Of a DNA stretch of 64,000 nt, positions 48,249 to 57,700 are shown one piece after another. The notes under the pieces are model-generated. The model saw only the letters and a list, made by a program, of their open reading frames with translations, had not been told where the DNA came from and searched no databases. A program made the translations under genes and the position numbers. The DNA is from an uncultured Devosia sp. (GTDB taxonomy: Bacteria; Pseudomonadota; Alphaproteobacteria; Rhizobiales; Devosiaceae), in contig CBIHQV010000011.1 in NCBI GenBank assembly GCA_966212275.1, positions 60,010-124,009 of the forward strand, written 5' to 3'. Every line of letters begins with the position of its first letter. The first letter of the stretch is position 1.

Positions 48249-49178
48249 ATGAAGCTGTTCGCACCCCTCCTGCTCTCGACGGCTCTCCTCACGACCAGCG
48301 CCATGGCCGCTCCCAATGTCGTGGCCTCGATCAAGCCGGTGCATTCGCTGGTCGCCGCCGTCATGGCCGGCGTGGGCGAGCCAACCCTGATCGTCAAGGG
48401 CTCGGCCTCCCCCCACACCTATGCCCTCAAGCCCTCCGACGCTGGAGCCCTGGAAGCGGCCGATATCGTCTTCTGGACCGGCCATGGCATGGAGCTATTC
48501 CTGGGCGAGGCGTTGGAGACGCTGGCGACCAAGGCAAAGGTGGTCGAGCTGGCCGACGCGCCCGGCATCGAGCTGCTGCCGGTGCGCGAGGGCGGCGCGT
48601 TCGAGCCGCATTCCGATGGCGATGAGGCAGAGCATGACCACGCGCATGAAGAACACGAGCATGGTGAAGGCGACATGCATTTCTGGCTCGATCCGGAAAA
48701 CGCCAAGCTGATGGTCACCCAGATCACCACCACGCTGGCCGAGGCCGATCCGGAAAATGCCACCGCCTACCAGGCCAATGCCGAGGCCGAACTGGTCAAG
48801 CTCGACACCCTCGAGGCCGAACTGGCCGCCACGCTGGCGCCGGTGGCCGACAAGCCCTTCATCGTCTTCCACGATGCCTACCAGTATTTCGAAGCCCGCT
48901 TCGGCCTCAACCTGGCCGGCTCGGTCACCGTCACCCCCGACGTCATGCCCGGTGCCGCGCGCATCGACGAACTCAAGGCCAAGGTCGCCACCCTTGGCGC
49001 CACCTGCGTCTTCGCCGAACCCAATTTCGAGCCGACCATCATCTCGGCCATCAGCGAAGGCACGGCTGCCAAGGCCAGTGTGCTGGACCCCGAGGGCGGG
49101 GCGTTGACCGAGGGGCCGGACCTGTATCCCGAGCTGCTGCGGGGGCTGGCGGCGAGCCTGGTCGACTGCCTGAAGTAG
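48249..49178 (+). CDS. znuA: zinc ABC transporter substrate-binding protein with a His/Asp/Glu-rich loop
   Basis: Cluster-9 SBP (signal peptide, IKPVHSLV, HFWLDP, HDAY.YF) with the loop EPHSDGDEAEHDHAHEEHEHGEGD. Confidence 0.9.
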   Translation: MKLFAPLLLSTALLTTSAMAAPNVVASIKPVHSLVAAVMAGVGEPTLIVKGSASPHTYALKPSDAGALEAADIVFWTGHGMELFLGEALETLATKAKVVELADAPGIELLPVREGGAFEPHSDGDEAEHDHAHEEHEHGEGDMHFWLDPENAKLMVTQITTTLAEADPENATAYQANAEAELVKLDTLEAELAATLAPVADKPFIVFHDAYQYFEARFGLNLAGSVTVTPDVMPGAARIDELKAKVATLGATCVFAEPNFEPTIISAISEGTAAKASVLDPEGGALTEGPDLYPELLRGLAASLVDCLK

Positions 49179-49194
49179 GCCAACAAACTCGATC

Positions 49195-49279
49195 GTCACC
49201 CTCGGGCTTGACCCGAGGGTCCTAAACTTCCTTCCGCACGGAGCAAGTAAAGAACCCTCGGGTCAAGCCCGAGGGCGAC
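49195..49279. repeat. family-1 palindromic intergenic repeat (CCCTCGGG sub-type)
   Basis: GTCACCCTCGGGCTTGACCCGAGGGT...AACCCTCGGGTCAAGCCCGAGGGCGAC; sister of 6587-6670. Confidence 0.85.
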
Positions 49280-49311
49280 GATCTGTCGTGGGGAAAGTTC
49301 GAACTCCAGAG

Positions 49312-49329
49312 GTAACGTGCTAACATATC
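49312..49329. promoter_or_regulatory. candidate Zur-box-like site upstream of the AztD-like gene
   Basis: GTAACGTGCTAACATATC matches the znuA-proximal site GTAATAACATAACATATC at 13 of 18 positions. Both end 10-12 nt before the ATG. Confidence 0.4.
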
Positions 49330-49338
49330 GGAGACATC

Positions 49339-50526
49339 ATGCACGCCCGCTTCCTGCTACCCCTTCTCGCCGCTACTACCCTCGTATCCCCCGCCTTTGC
49401 CGCCGACGTTTCCGCCTGGCGCCTGTTCGTCGCCGATCACACCCGGCCAACAGTGACCGCCATCGATCTGGCCACCGACAAAACCCTCGCCACCTTCCCG
49501 CTGGCCAGCCCGGCATCGCTCTACGCCACCCGTTCCGGCGCGGCCGTCTATGCCGTGCAGGGCGCCGGCAACCAGGTTTCGGCCATCGCCACCGGCATCC
49601 ATCTCGATGACCATGGCGACCACGGCGATATCGAGATCACCGAGCCTACCGCCATCGAGGCCACCGTGCCCGGCACCAAGCCGGTTCACTTCGTCGAGCA
49701 TGACGGCCAGATTGCCCTGTTCTTCGACGGTGAAGGCAAGGCGCGCGTCGTCAGCGAGGCCGACTGGCTCGATGGCGGCGACGTCGCTGCGGCCGAGTTC
49801 GACAGCGGCGCGCCCCATCACGGTGTCGCCGTGCCCTGGGGCGACTACACTATTGTCTCGGTGCCCAATCCGGCCGATCCGACCACCTTGCCCATTGGCG
49901 TCAACGTCCTCGATGCATCGGGCGCCATCGTGGGTGATCTTCATGCCTGTCCGGACCTGCATGGCGAGGCGTCATCGGGCAACATGCTGGCTATCGCCTG
50001 CGCCGAGGGGCTGCTGATCGTCACCGGGTCGGGCGCGCCCGAGATCACGCTGCTGCCCTATGCCGACCTGCCGGAAGGCAAGTCGACCACGCTGCTTGGC
50101 GGCGTTGGCCTGCAGTATTTCCTGGGCAACTACGGAGCCGACAAGGTGGCGATTATCGATCCCACCGCCGACAAGCCGTTCCGCCTCGTCGACCTGCCCA
50201 CCCGCCGAGTGCATTTCGCGGTCGATCCGATCCGGCCGAAATTTGCCTACGTCTTCACCGAGGACGGCAAGCTGCTCCAGCTCGACGTGGTCGCTGGCAC
50301 CATCGCCCGGTCGCTCAAGGTCACCGAGCCCTATTCGATAGATGGCGAGTGGAGCCTGCCGCGTCCACGCATCGCCGTGGCCGGTGACGTGGTGGCGGTG
50401 ACCGATCCCAATGAGGGGGTGGTGCATCTGGTTGATGTCGCGAGCTTTGCCGAAGCGCGGACTATTCCGGTGGCCGGTGCGCCGTATGGCATTGTCGCCG
50501 TGGGCGGGTCGGGAACGGTCCACTAG
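49339..50526 (+). CDS. secreted beta-propeller-like protein, probable periplasmic zinc metallochaperone (AztD-like)
   Basis: Signal peptide, repeated strand-rich blades, and a His/Asp cluster HLDDHGDHGDIEI. Directly downstream of znuA. Assignment rests on recalled family properties plus context. Confidence 0.5.
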   Translation: MHARFLLPLLAATTLVSPAFAADVSAWRLFVADHTRPTVTAIDLATDKTLATFPLASPASLYATRSGAAVYAVQGAGNQVSAIATGIHLDDHGDHGDIEITEPTAIEATVPGTKPVHFVEHDGQIALFFDGEGKARVVSEADWLDGGDVAAAEFDSGAPHHGVAVPWGDYTIVSVPNPADPTTLPIGVNVLDASGAIVGDLHACPDLHGEASSGNMLAIACAEGLLIVTGSGAPEITLLPYADLPEGKSTTLLGGVGLQYFLGNYGADKVAIIDPTADKPFRLVDLPTRRVHFAVDPIRPKFAYVFTEDGKLLQLDVVAGTIARSLKVTEPYSIDGEWSLPRPRIAVAGDVVAVTDPNEGVVHLVDVASFAEARTIPVAGAPYGIVAVGGSGTVH

Positions 50527-50556
50527 AGAGCGCCCAAGACACTCTGCCCCCGACTT

Positions 50557-50663
50557 CACCCCACCCTCGGTCCCTCCCCATCAAGGGGAGGGAGGCGCTA
50601 GATGCGATGCCGGTGTTCATCGTCTCCCTCCCCCTTGTGGGGAGGGATCAAGGGTGGGGGTGG
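50557..50663. repeat. family-2 palindromic repeat, full-length copy
   Basis: CACCCCACCCTCGGTCCCTCCCC-ATCAA-GGGGAGGGA ... TCCCTCCCCC-TTGT-GGGGAGGGATCAAGGGTGGGGGTGG. Confidence 0.85.
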
Positions 50664-50686
50664 TTTGGGCAGGCGGCGGCTGGGAG

Positions 50687-51043
50687 CTACTTGATCGGGC
50701 CCTTGAAGATGAAGAACGCGCCCAGGCCAATCATGGCGAAACCGACGCCATGATTTAGTGTCAGCTTCTCGCCGAAATAGAACACCGTGAACACGGCGAA
50801 GACCGAGAGGGAAATGACCTCTTGGATGGTCTTGAGCTCGGAGGGCGAATAGACCGCCTCGCCGATGCGGTTGGCGGGAACCGCCAGCCAGTATTCGAAA
50901 AACGCAATGCCCCAGCTGATCATCACGGCGATCCACAACGCCGAAGTCGGCCACTTGAGGTGCCCGTACCAGGCGAAGGTCATGAAGATGTTGGATGCAA
51001 GCAGCAGCCCGATCGGCGCCAGCGTGGCAAAGTTGAAGCCCAA
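50687..51043 (-). CDS. DUF486 (small DMT-like) membrane protein
   Basis: 118 aa with four TM helices. SNIFMTFAWYGHLKW is the motif I associate with DUF486. Confidence 0.65.
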   Translation of the reverse strand: MGFNFATLAPIGLLLASNIFMTFAWYGHLKWPTSALWIAVMISWGIAFFEYWLAVPANRIGEAVYSPSELKTIQEVISLSVFAVFTVFYFGEKLTLNHGVGFAMIGLGAFFIFKGPIK

Positions 51044-51052
51044 GGGCGCCTC

Positions 51053-51307
51053 CTAGCGCAGGTGATTGGTGGGCTGTTCGAGCCCGAAAATATCGTCGGT
51101 GAGACTATCCATGCGCTCCCGGATCAGCGTCTGGGCGTCATAGAGGCCGCGGTTGTAGAAATAGGCGCCCATCTTGTCCACGAAGAACATCATCAGCATC
51201 TCCGCCGGGATGGCGCCGATCTGCTGGTCCAGCTCCTCGCGGAAATAGTCCTGGATCTCCCCGACTATGGCCTTGGTTTCCTCTTTGGTGAACTTGATCG
51301 GCTTCAT
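51053..51307 (-). CDS. DUF2164 domain protein
   Basis: 84 aa. IQDYFREELDQQIGAIPAEMLMMFFVDKMGAYFYNRGLYDAQ matches the DUF2164 pattern. Confidence 0.65.
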   Translation of the reverse strand: MKPIKFTKEETKAIVGEIQDYFREELDQQIGAIPAEMLMMFFVDKMGAYFYNRGLYDAQTLIRERMDSLTDDIFGLEQPTNHLR

Positions 51308-51400
51308 GTCTGGGGCTCCTTCAGCTCCCGTTCATAGCGTGAGTCGTTGATTGCAGGCCGAGTCCGGTTCAGACAAACTGCCGCGTCCGAGGAGAAAACC

Positions 51401-52000
51401 ATGCTCGCCCGCCTCTCGCTTTTCGCCCTGCTTGCCGCCGCCTCGCCCGTCATGGCCGAGGACTTTGCCTGCGAGGGCCCATTCGCCATCGACAGCTCCG
51501 AAGCACGGCTCATCGAGACCTATGGCGCCGACAATGTCGTCACCGGCATCGTGCCCGGCCCCGAAGGTACCGAGATGCTGGCCACGACGGTGTTTCCCGA
51601 CAATGCCAAAAAGACCATGCAGTTCGTCTGGTGGGACGAGGATAATCTGAGCGGCCCCAGCTATATCGAACTACCCGCCAAGATGACGGCCCCCGGCGGC
51701 GTCCGTATCGGCCAGACGCTGGCAGAGGTCGTGGCCCTCAATGGCGGGCCGTTCAAGCTCACCGGTTTCGGCTGGGACTATGGCGGCTATGCCGGCTTTG
51801 AATCCGGCGCTCTCGCCGATCTCCCCGGCGATTGCATCCTGAGCCTCCGTTTCGATCCCGGCGAGGCGCCCGCAGGAGTCGACACCACGCCCACCATGGG
51901 CGACAAGGAACTCACCTCCGACGATCCGCTACTGGCGCAGATGCCGGTGACGGTCTATTCGCTGTCGGTGGGTTACCCCCATCCCGATTTCCGCGATTGA
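51401..52000 (+). CDS. hypothetical secreted protein
   Basis: Signal peptide MLARLSLFALLAAASPVMAED; no recognisable domain. Confidence 0.55.
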   Translation: MLARLSLFALLAAASPVMAEDFACEGPFAIDSSEARLIETYGADNVVTGIVPGPEGTEMLATTVFPDNAKKTMQFVWWDEDNLSGPSYIELPAKMTAPGGVRIGQTLAEVVALNGGPFKLTGFGWDYGGYAGFESGALADLPGDCILSLRFDPGEAPAGVDTTPTMGDKELTSDDPLLAQMPVTVYSLSVGYPHPDFRD

Positions 52001-52035
52001 CCGCCACCCCCTCGGGAGCGTAACTCTGGGCCTGT

Positions 52036-52218
52036 GTTGGTTCCCGAAGGCCGTTGTGCCGGAGGGATCAAAAGGGAACACGGTGCGACGTACCCATCAG
52101 GGCGCAAAACCGTGGCTGCCCCCGCAACTGTAAGCGGTGCGCTCCCCTCTCATGCCACTGGCGCAAGCCGGGAAGGCGAGGGGAGTGGCTATCACCGCGA
52201 GCCAGGAGACCTGCCAAC
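52036..52218 (+). promoter_or_regulatory. cobalamin (AdoCbl) riboswitch
   Basis: P1 GTTGG/CCAAC closes the element. Core elements AAAAGGGAACACGGTG, GCTGCCCCCGCAACTGTAAGCGG, GCCACTGG, GGGAAGGC and the B12 box AGCCAGGAGACCTGCC are all present, upstream of cbtB. Confidence 0.9.
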
Positions 52219-52271
52219 GCACGAACCGGGGCGCTTGCGCCTTCTCTATTCCGCGCACGGAGGGTGCTGCC

Positions 52272-52469
52272 ATGAATACGACGACCAATACGACGATCAA
52301 TACCTCGACTGGCATCCAGTCGCTCTCGATTTCCCAGCGCATCATTGCCGGTTCGCTGGCGCTTATGCTCGGTCTGACCCTGCTGGTCGGCACCGGCTTT
52401 GCCGGCGATTTCCGCCTGCATAACGGCGCCCACGACACTCGCCACGCCATGGGCTTCCCCTGCCACTAG
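52272..52469 (+). CDS. cbtB: cobalt transporter subunit CbtB
   Basis: 65 aa with one TM helix and the C-terminal HDTRHAMGFPCH motif. Confidence 0.85.
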   Translation: MNTTTNTTINTSTGIQSLSISQRIIAGSLALMLGLTLLVGTGFAGDFRLHNGAHDTRHAMGFPCH

Positions 52470-52492
52470 GGCAGAGCACGAGAGCAAAGAAC

Positions 52493-53266
52493 ATGATCCG
52501 CAATCTGTTTGCCGCTGCGCTTCTCGCAGCCCTTTGTGCTGGCCTGATCACGGCCGGTCTCCAGCACTTCCGCGTCACCCCGCTCATCCTCCATGCCGAA
52601 ACCTTCGAGGGTGAAGGCGGCCACAGCCATGGCGAAGAAGCCGCCGTCGCCCCGGCCGACCACGAGCATGCCGAAGGCACCGCCGAGCACAGCCACGACG
52701 TCGTTGCCACAACGGCAGCCGAGCCCGAGGAATGGGCGCCGCAGGATGGCTTCGAGCGCACCGCTTATACCACGCTGGCCACCGTGCTCGCCGCCGCCGG
52801 CTTTGCGCTGGTCATCGGCGCCATCTCGATGTTTGCAGGCGTTCCCATCACCTTTGCCAATGGCTTCCTCTGGGGCGCTGCCGGCTTCGTGACCTTCTCG
52901 CTGGCCCCCGCCTATGGCCTCGCCCCCGAACTGCCGGGCATGCCCGCGGCCGATCTTGTTGCCCGCCAGGTCTGGTGGACCGGCACGGCCCTCGCTACCG
53001 GCGCGGCCTGCCTGCTGCTGGCCAAGACCCGGGCAAGCTGGGCCTTTGCCGTCGCCGTGGCTTTGGTCGTCGCGCCCCACATCATCGGCGCGCCCGTGGC
53101 GCCCGATGAGCCGAGCGCCGTCCCCGCCCACCTCGCCACCGAATTCGCTGCCATCACGCTGGGCACCTCGCTGGTGTTCTGGCTGGTGCTCGGCACCGTC
53201 TTCGGCAAGCTCAATGACGTGTTCGCGGCCCGCAGCGCCGCCGTCCCGACGGGAGCCATCGCATGA
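52493..53266 (+). CDS. cbtA: cobalt transporter subunit CbtA
   Basis: 257 aa. N-terminal TM, a His-rich loop (GEGGHSHGEE...DHEHAEGTAEHSHD), then four more TM helices. Follows cbtB. Confidence 0.85.
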   Translation: MIRNLFAAALLAALCAGLITAGLQHFRVTPLILHAETFEGEGGHSHGEEAAVAPADHEHAEGTAEHSHDVVATTAAEPEEWAPQDGFERTAYTTLATVLAAAGFALVIGAISMFAGVPITFANGFLWGAAGFVTFSLAPAYGLAPELPGMPAADLVARQVWWTGTALATGAACLLLAKTRASWAFAVAVALVVAPHIIGAPVAPDEPSAVPAHLATEFAAITLGTSLVFWLVLGTVFGKLNDVFAARSAAVPTGAIA

Positions 53267-54318
53267 CCAAGATTCCAACCACCGTCATCACCGGCTTCCT
53301 CGGCGCCGGCAAGACCACACTCGTCCGCCACCTTCTGGCGCATGCCCCCAAGGGCAAGCGCATCGCGCTGATCATCAACGAATTTGGTGACCTCGGCGTC
53401 GACAAGGATATCCTCGCCGGTTGCGGCGACGAGACCTGTCGCGAAGAGGACATGATCGAACTTTCCAACGGCTGCATCTGCTGCACGGTGGCCGACGAGT
53501 TCATCCCCACCATGCAGGCTTTGCTCGCCCGCCCGGAAAAGTTCGATCACATCGTCATCGAAACGTCTGGCCTGGCTTTGCCGCAGCCGCTGATCCGCGC
53601 CTTCAACTGGCCCGAGATCAAGGCGCAGGTGACCATCGACGGCATCGTCACCGTGGCTGACGCTTCGGCGCTGGCTGAAGGCCGCTTTGCCTCCGACGAA
53701 GCTGCCGTCGATGCGCAGCGCCGCCAGGATGAAATGCTCGATCACGAGACGCCGCTCGGCGAACTGTTCGAGGACCAGCTTTCGGTCGCCGATCTCGTCA
53801 TCATCAACAAGGCCGATCTTGTTGATGCCACGACGCTGGCCGATGTGGAGCGCAATATCCGCGCCGAACTGCGCCCTGGCGTCGGTATCCTCCACGCCCG
53901 CAACGGCCATGTCGATATTGCGGCCCTGCTCGGCATGGGCATGGGCAGCGAGGACGACATCGCCAACCGCCCAAGCCACCACGAGCTGGAGCATGGCGGC
54001 GAAACGCACGAGCACGACGATTTCGACAGCTTCTCGCTGCGCATCCCCAGTGTGGGCAGCAAGGACGAACTGCTCGCCGTCATCGAGCAGACTATCCGCG
54101 AACACGACGTGTTGCGTCTCAAGGGTTTTGCCGCCATCCCCGGCGCCGCTGCGCGTCTCGCGATCCAGGCCGTCGGCCCGCGCGTCACCGCCTATTTCGA
54201 CCGCCCCTGGAGGAACGGCGAAGTGCGCGATACGGCTTTGGTGGTCATCGGCGAAAGCCCGCTCGATCGCGAAGCGATCACGACGAGCCTGCAGCGGGCG
54301 ATGAAGGTCGCCGCCTGA
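53263..54318 (+). CDS. cobW: cobalamin biosynthesis GTPase CobW (G3E/COG0523 family)
   Basis: GFLGAGKTTL, GCICCTV, ETSGLA, INKADL, and a His-rich stretch HHELEHGGETHEHDDFDS. Confidence 0.9.
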   Translation: MTKIPTTVITGFLGAGKTTLVRHLLAHAPKGKRIALIINEFGDLGVDKDILAGCGDETCREEDMIELSNGCICCTVADEFIPTMQALLARPEKFDHIVIETSGLALPQPLIRAFNWPEIKAQVTIDGIVTVADASALAEGRFASDEAAVDAQRRQDEMLDHETPLGELFEDQLSVADLVIINKADLVDATTLADVERNIRAELRPGVGILHARNGHVDIAALLGMGMGSEDDIANRPSHHELEHGGETHEHDDFDSFSLRIPSVGSKDELLAVIEQTIREHDVLRLKGFAAIPGAAARLAIQAVGPRVTAYFDRPWRNGEVRDTALVVIGESPLDREAITTSLQRAMKVAA

Positions 54319-54320
54319 AC

Positions 54321-54767
54321 ATGTCCCGGCGCGATCTGTGGCTCGGCCTGGTATCGGTATTCGTCGGGCCGCTGATCGGCGGCGTGACCTTCATTGCCGC
54401 CGCGATTGCCATCGACGCCATGGTCTATGGCGAGGGGACGCCCAATTTCATGGCGCAGCACTGGCCGATCATCCTGACCGCTGGCTACGTGTTTGGGACC
54501 ATACCAGGGTTGGTCTTTGCCGTGATCATTGCCGTGCTGTCGCGCCGCATCGCCGCCCTGCGGCAGCGCCTGCTGGTTGCCGCCATCGTGGGGGCTGTCG
54601 TCAGCGTGGGGTTGCTGAGCCTGGTGCTCTTCGGCGGGTCGCTGTCGGGACTTGATCCGGTGGTGGCGGCAGCGCTGGGCATCACCGGCGCGGTGGCGGG
54701 CGTCATCAGCCTGGGCCTGGTCGAATTCTTCCATCCGCTGCCAGCGCCGGCAAAAGCCGCACCCTGA
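54321..54767 (+). CDS. hypothetical 4-TM membrane protein embedded between cobW and cobN
   Basis: 148 aa. The ATG is 2 nt after the cobW stop, and its TGA overlaps the cobN ATG (TGATG). No known motif. Confidence 0.6.
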   Translation: MSRRDLWLGLVSVFVGPLIGGVTFIAAAIAIDAMVYGEGTPNFMAQHWPIILTAGYVFGTIPGLVFAVIIAVLSRRIAALRQRLLVAAIVGAVVSVGLLSLVLFGGSLSGLDPVVAAALGITGAVAGVISLGLVEFFHPLPAPAKAAP

Positions 54768-57700
54768 TGCATCTCCTCTCCGCCCAGGCCGGCGCTATCC
54801 AGCAGGAAGGCGAGGCCATCGATCTCAACCAGCGCCCCGGGGCGCTGGTCTTTGCCAGCTCGGCCGATAGCGAACTGGCCATGCTGGCCGGCGCCGCCGA
54901 CCGGGCAGGGGAGGCCGAACTCCGCCTCGCCAACACGCTGCGGCTCTCCAACAATCTCTCGGTTGATCTCTGGCTCGAAGAGACCGTCGCCCTGGCGAGC
55001 CTGGTCGTCCTCCGCCTCATTGGCGGCGCGGCCTATTTCCAGTATGGCGTCGACGAGCTGACGGCGCTCTGCGCCAACCGCCGGATACCGCTGGCGCTGC
55101 TGCCGGGCGACGCCAATCCCGACCCCATCCTGCAATCGCGCTCGACCGTTCATCCGGACGATTGGACGATGCTCCACAGCCTCTTCATATCCGGCGGCCC
55201 CGACAATGCCGACACGATCCTGACGGCGCTTAACTTGCTCTCTCTCCCTTTGGCGGAGAGGTCAGCCGCAACGCGGCCGGGTGAGGGGGCCTTGCTCAGC
55301 GATCTTTCGCCCCAACCCTTCGCCCGCTTCGGCCTCTGGCATCCCGGTACGGGCATGACCGACGAAGCCGGCCTGCGCGCCATCCAACAGGCTGGCGCGG
55401 CTCATGTCCCGATCCTCTTCTACCGCGCCGCCCTCGAAGGCGCCGGTACCGCCACGATCGAAGCGCTGATCGCTGAGCTCGAAGCCCAGGGCCTCGCCCC
55501 GGCCCCCTTGCTGGTCTCCTCTCTCAAGGAGGGTCCGTGCATCCGCTTCGTGCAGGACGCGCTGGCCGCCTTCCCGCCTTCAGCCATCTTCAACCTCACA
55601 GGCTTTGCCTTGGGCATTGATGGCCTCGACGACAAATCCAACCCGTTCTCCGGCAGTGACGCACCGGTCATCCAGCTTATCCAGTCAGGCCGCTCGGAAG
55701 CGCAGTGGCTGGCCGACAGCCAGGGCCTCTCCTCCAAGGACATGGCCATGTTCCTCGTCATGCCCGAAGTCGACGGCCGTCTGGGCGGCCTCATCGTCGG
55801 CCACAAAGCCGACGCCATCTGGCACAACCGCTGCCAGGTGCCACTGACGAGCTATGCGCCAGACACTTCGGGCATCACCCGGGCTGTGGTCCTTGCGAAA
55901 AACTGGGCAAGGTTGAGGGCCGCCCCCCGCGCCGACCGAAAAGTCGCGCTAGTGCTGGCGAATTACCCCATTCGCGACGGGCGGTTGGCCAATGGCGTGG
56001 GCTATGACGCACCGGAGTCGACGGTGCGCATGCTGCGGGAATTGGAGAGGGCGGGCTACACCACGACCCCCACCCCCCACCCCTCCCCTCAAGGGGGAGG
56101 GGAATCCGATCCTGCCCAAACCAATGCCACGTCTCCTGCGCATCCCTCCCCCTTGAGGGGAGGGACCGAGGGTGGGGGTTCTGCAGGCTCCGCATACCCG
56201 ACATCGTCGGAAGCCCTCATCGCCCTCCTGCAATCCGGCCCCACAAACGCCGAGCCCGCTCGCGGCGCCTCACCGGCACGGTTGTCGCTGGCGCGCTATG
56301 CCGATCTCTTCGCCACGCTGCCGGTGAAAATCCGCGACGAGGTCACCACCCGTTGGGGCCACCCGGCCACCGATCCGTTCGTGCGGAGCGATACCTTCCA
56401 CCTGCCCGCCCTCATCTTCGGTAATGTCGCTATCCTGCTCCAGCCGGCCCGTGGCTATCAGCTTGATGAGACCGCGTCCTACCACGATCCGGCGCTCGTC
56501 CCGCCGCATGCCTATCTGGCGGCCTATCTCTGGCTGCGCCACGAGTTCGGTGCCCATGCCCTGATCCACAATGGCAAGCACGGCACGCTCGAATGGCTCC
56601 CGGGGAAGGCGACGGCGCTGGACGCCGCGAGCTATTCCGACGCGCTCTGGGGCCAGTTGCCCCATCTCTACCCCTTCATCGTCAACGACCCCGGCGAAGG
56701 CACCCAGGCCAAGCGGCGCGCCGGCGCCGTCATCATCGATCACCTCGTGCCGCCGCTGACGCGCGCCGAAACCTATGGCCCGCTGAAAGACCTCGAAGCC
56801 CTGCTCGACGAATATTACGCCGCCTCCGGCATGGACCGCCGTCGGCTGGCCGACCTCAAGCGCCGCATCCTCGACTTCACTCGCGATAGCCGCCTCGATC
56901 GCGATATCGGCCTGCCCGAGGACGAGACACAGGCGCTGATCAAGATCGACAACTTCCTCTGTGACCTCAAGGAAGCCCAGATCCGCGATGGCCTGCATGT
57001 GTTCGGTAAATCGCCCCAAGGCGACCTGGAGCGTGACCTGATCGTGGCGCTGGCCCGGGTGCCGCGCGGCGAGGGGCAGGGCGAGGGTTCGCTCATCCGC
57101 GCATTGGCCGATGATCTGAAGCAGGGCTTCGATCCGCTCACGGCCAAGCTCGGCGAGCCTTGGACGGGGCCGACCACAAGCCTCACTCCCTCCCCTCGAT
57201 GGGGAGGGATCGAGGGTGGGGTGGGGCCGCGCACGCTGGGCGATGTGGTGGAATTTCTCGAATCCATCGCCTCCGACCTCGTCGATGGCACCCGCATGGT
57301 CGATCCTGCCTGGACCGCCACATCGGCCGTCCTCGAGACCATCGACACCCTCATCCGCCCCCGCCTCGCAGCCTCCGGTCCTGCCGAAATGGCCGCGTTG
57401 ATCGATGGCCTCGACGGCAAATTCATCCGACCCGGCCCCTCCGGCGCCCCCTCGCGCGGGCGGCTGGACGTATTGCCCACCGGGCGCAATTTTTACTCGG
57501 TCGATAGCCGCGCCGTGCCCACCCCAACCGCCTGGGAACTGGGCCGCAAATCCGCTGAAAGCCTCGTCCTCCGCCATCTGCAGGATCATGGTCATCACTT
57601 GCGCTCGGTGGCCCTCTCTGTCTGGGGCACCGCCAATATGCGCACCGGCGGCGACGACATCGCCCAGGCCATGGCGCTGATCGGCGCCCGCCCCACCTGG

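Noticed and set aside
55239-57226. Whether the recurring GC-rich palindromes could be a CRISPR array or a tandem-repeat locus.
   Set aside because: Copies are dispersed over the whole window with no regular repeat-spacer periodicity. They are internally palindromic composite units of different lengths, and no cas genes are present.
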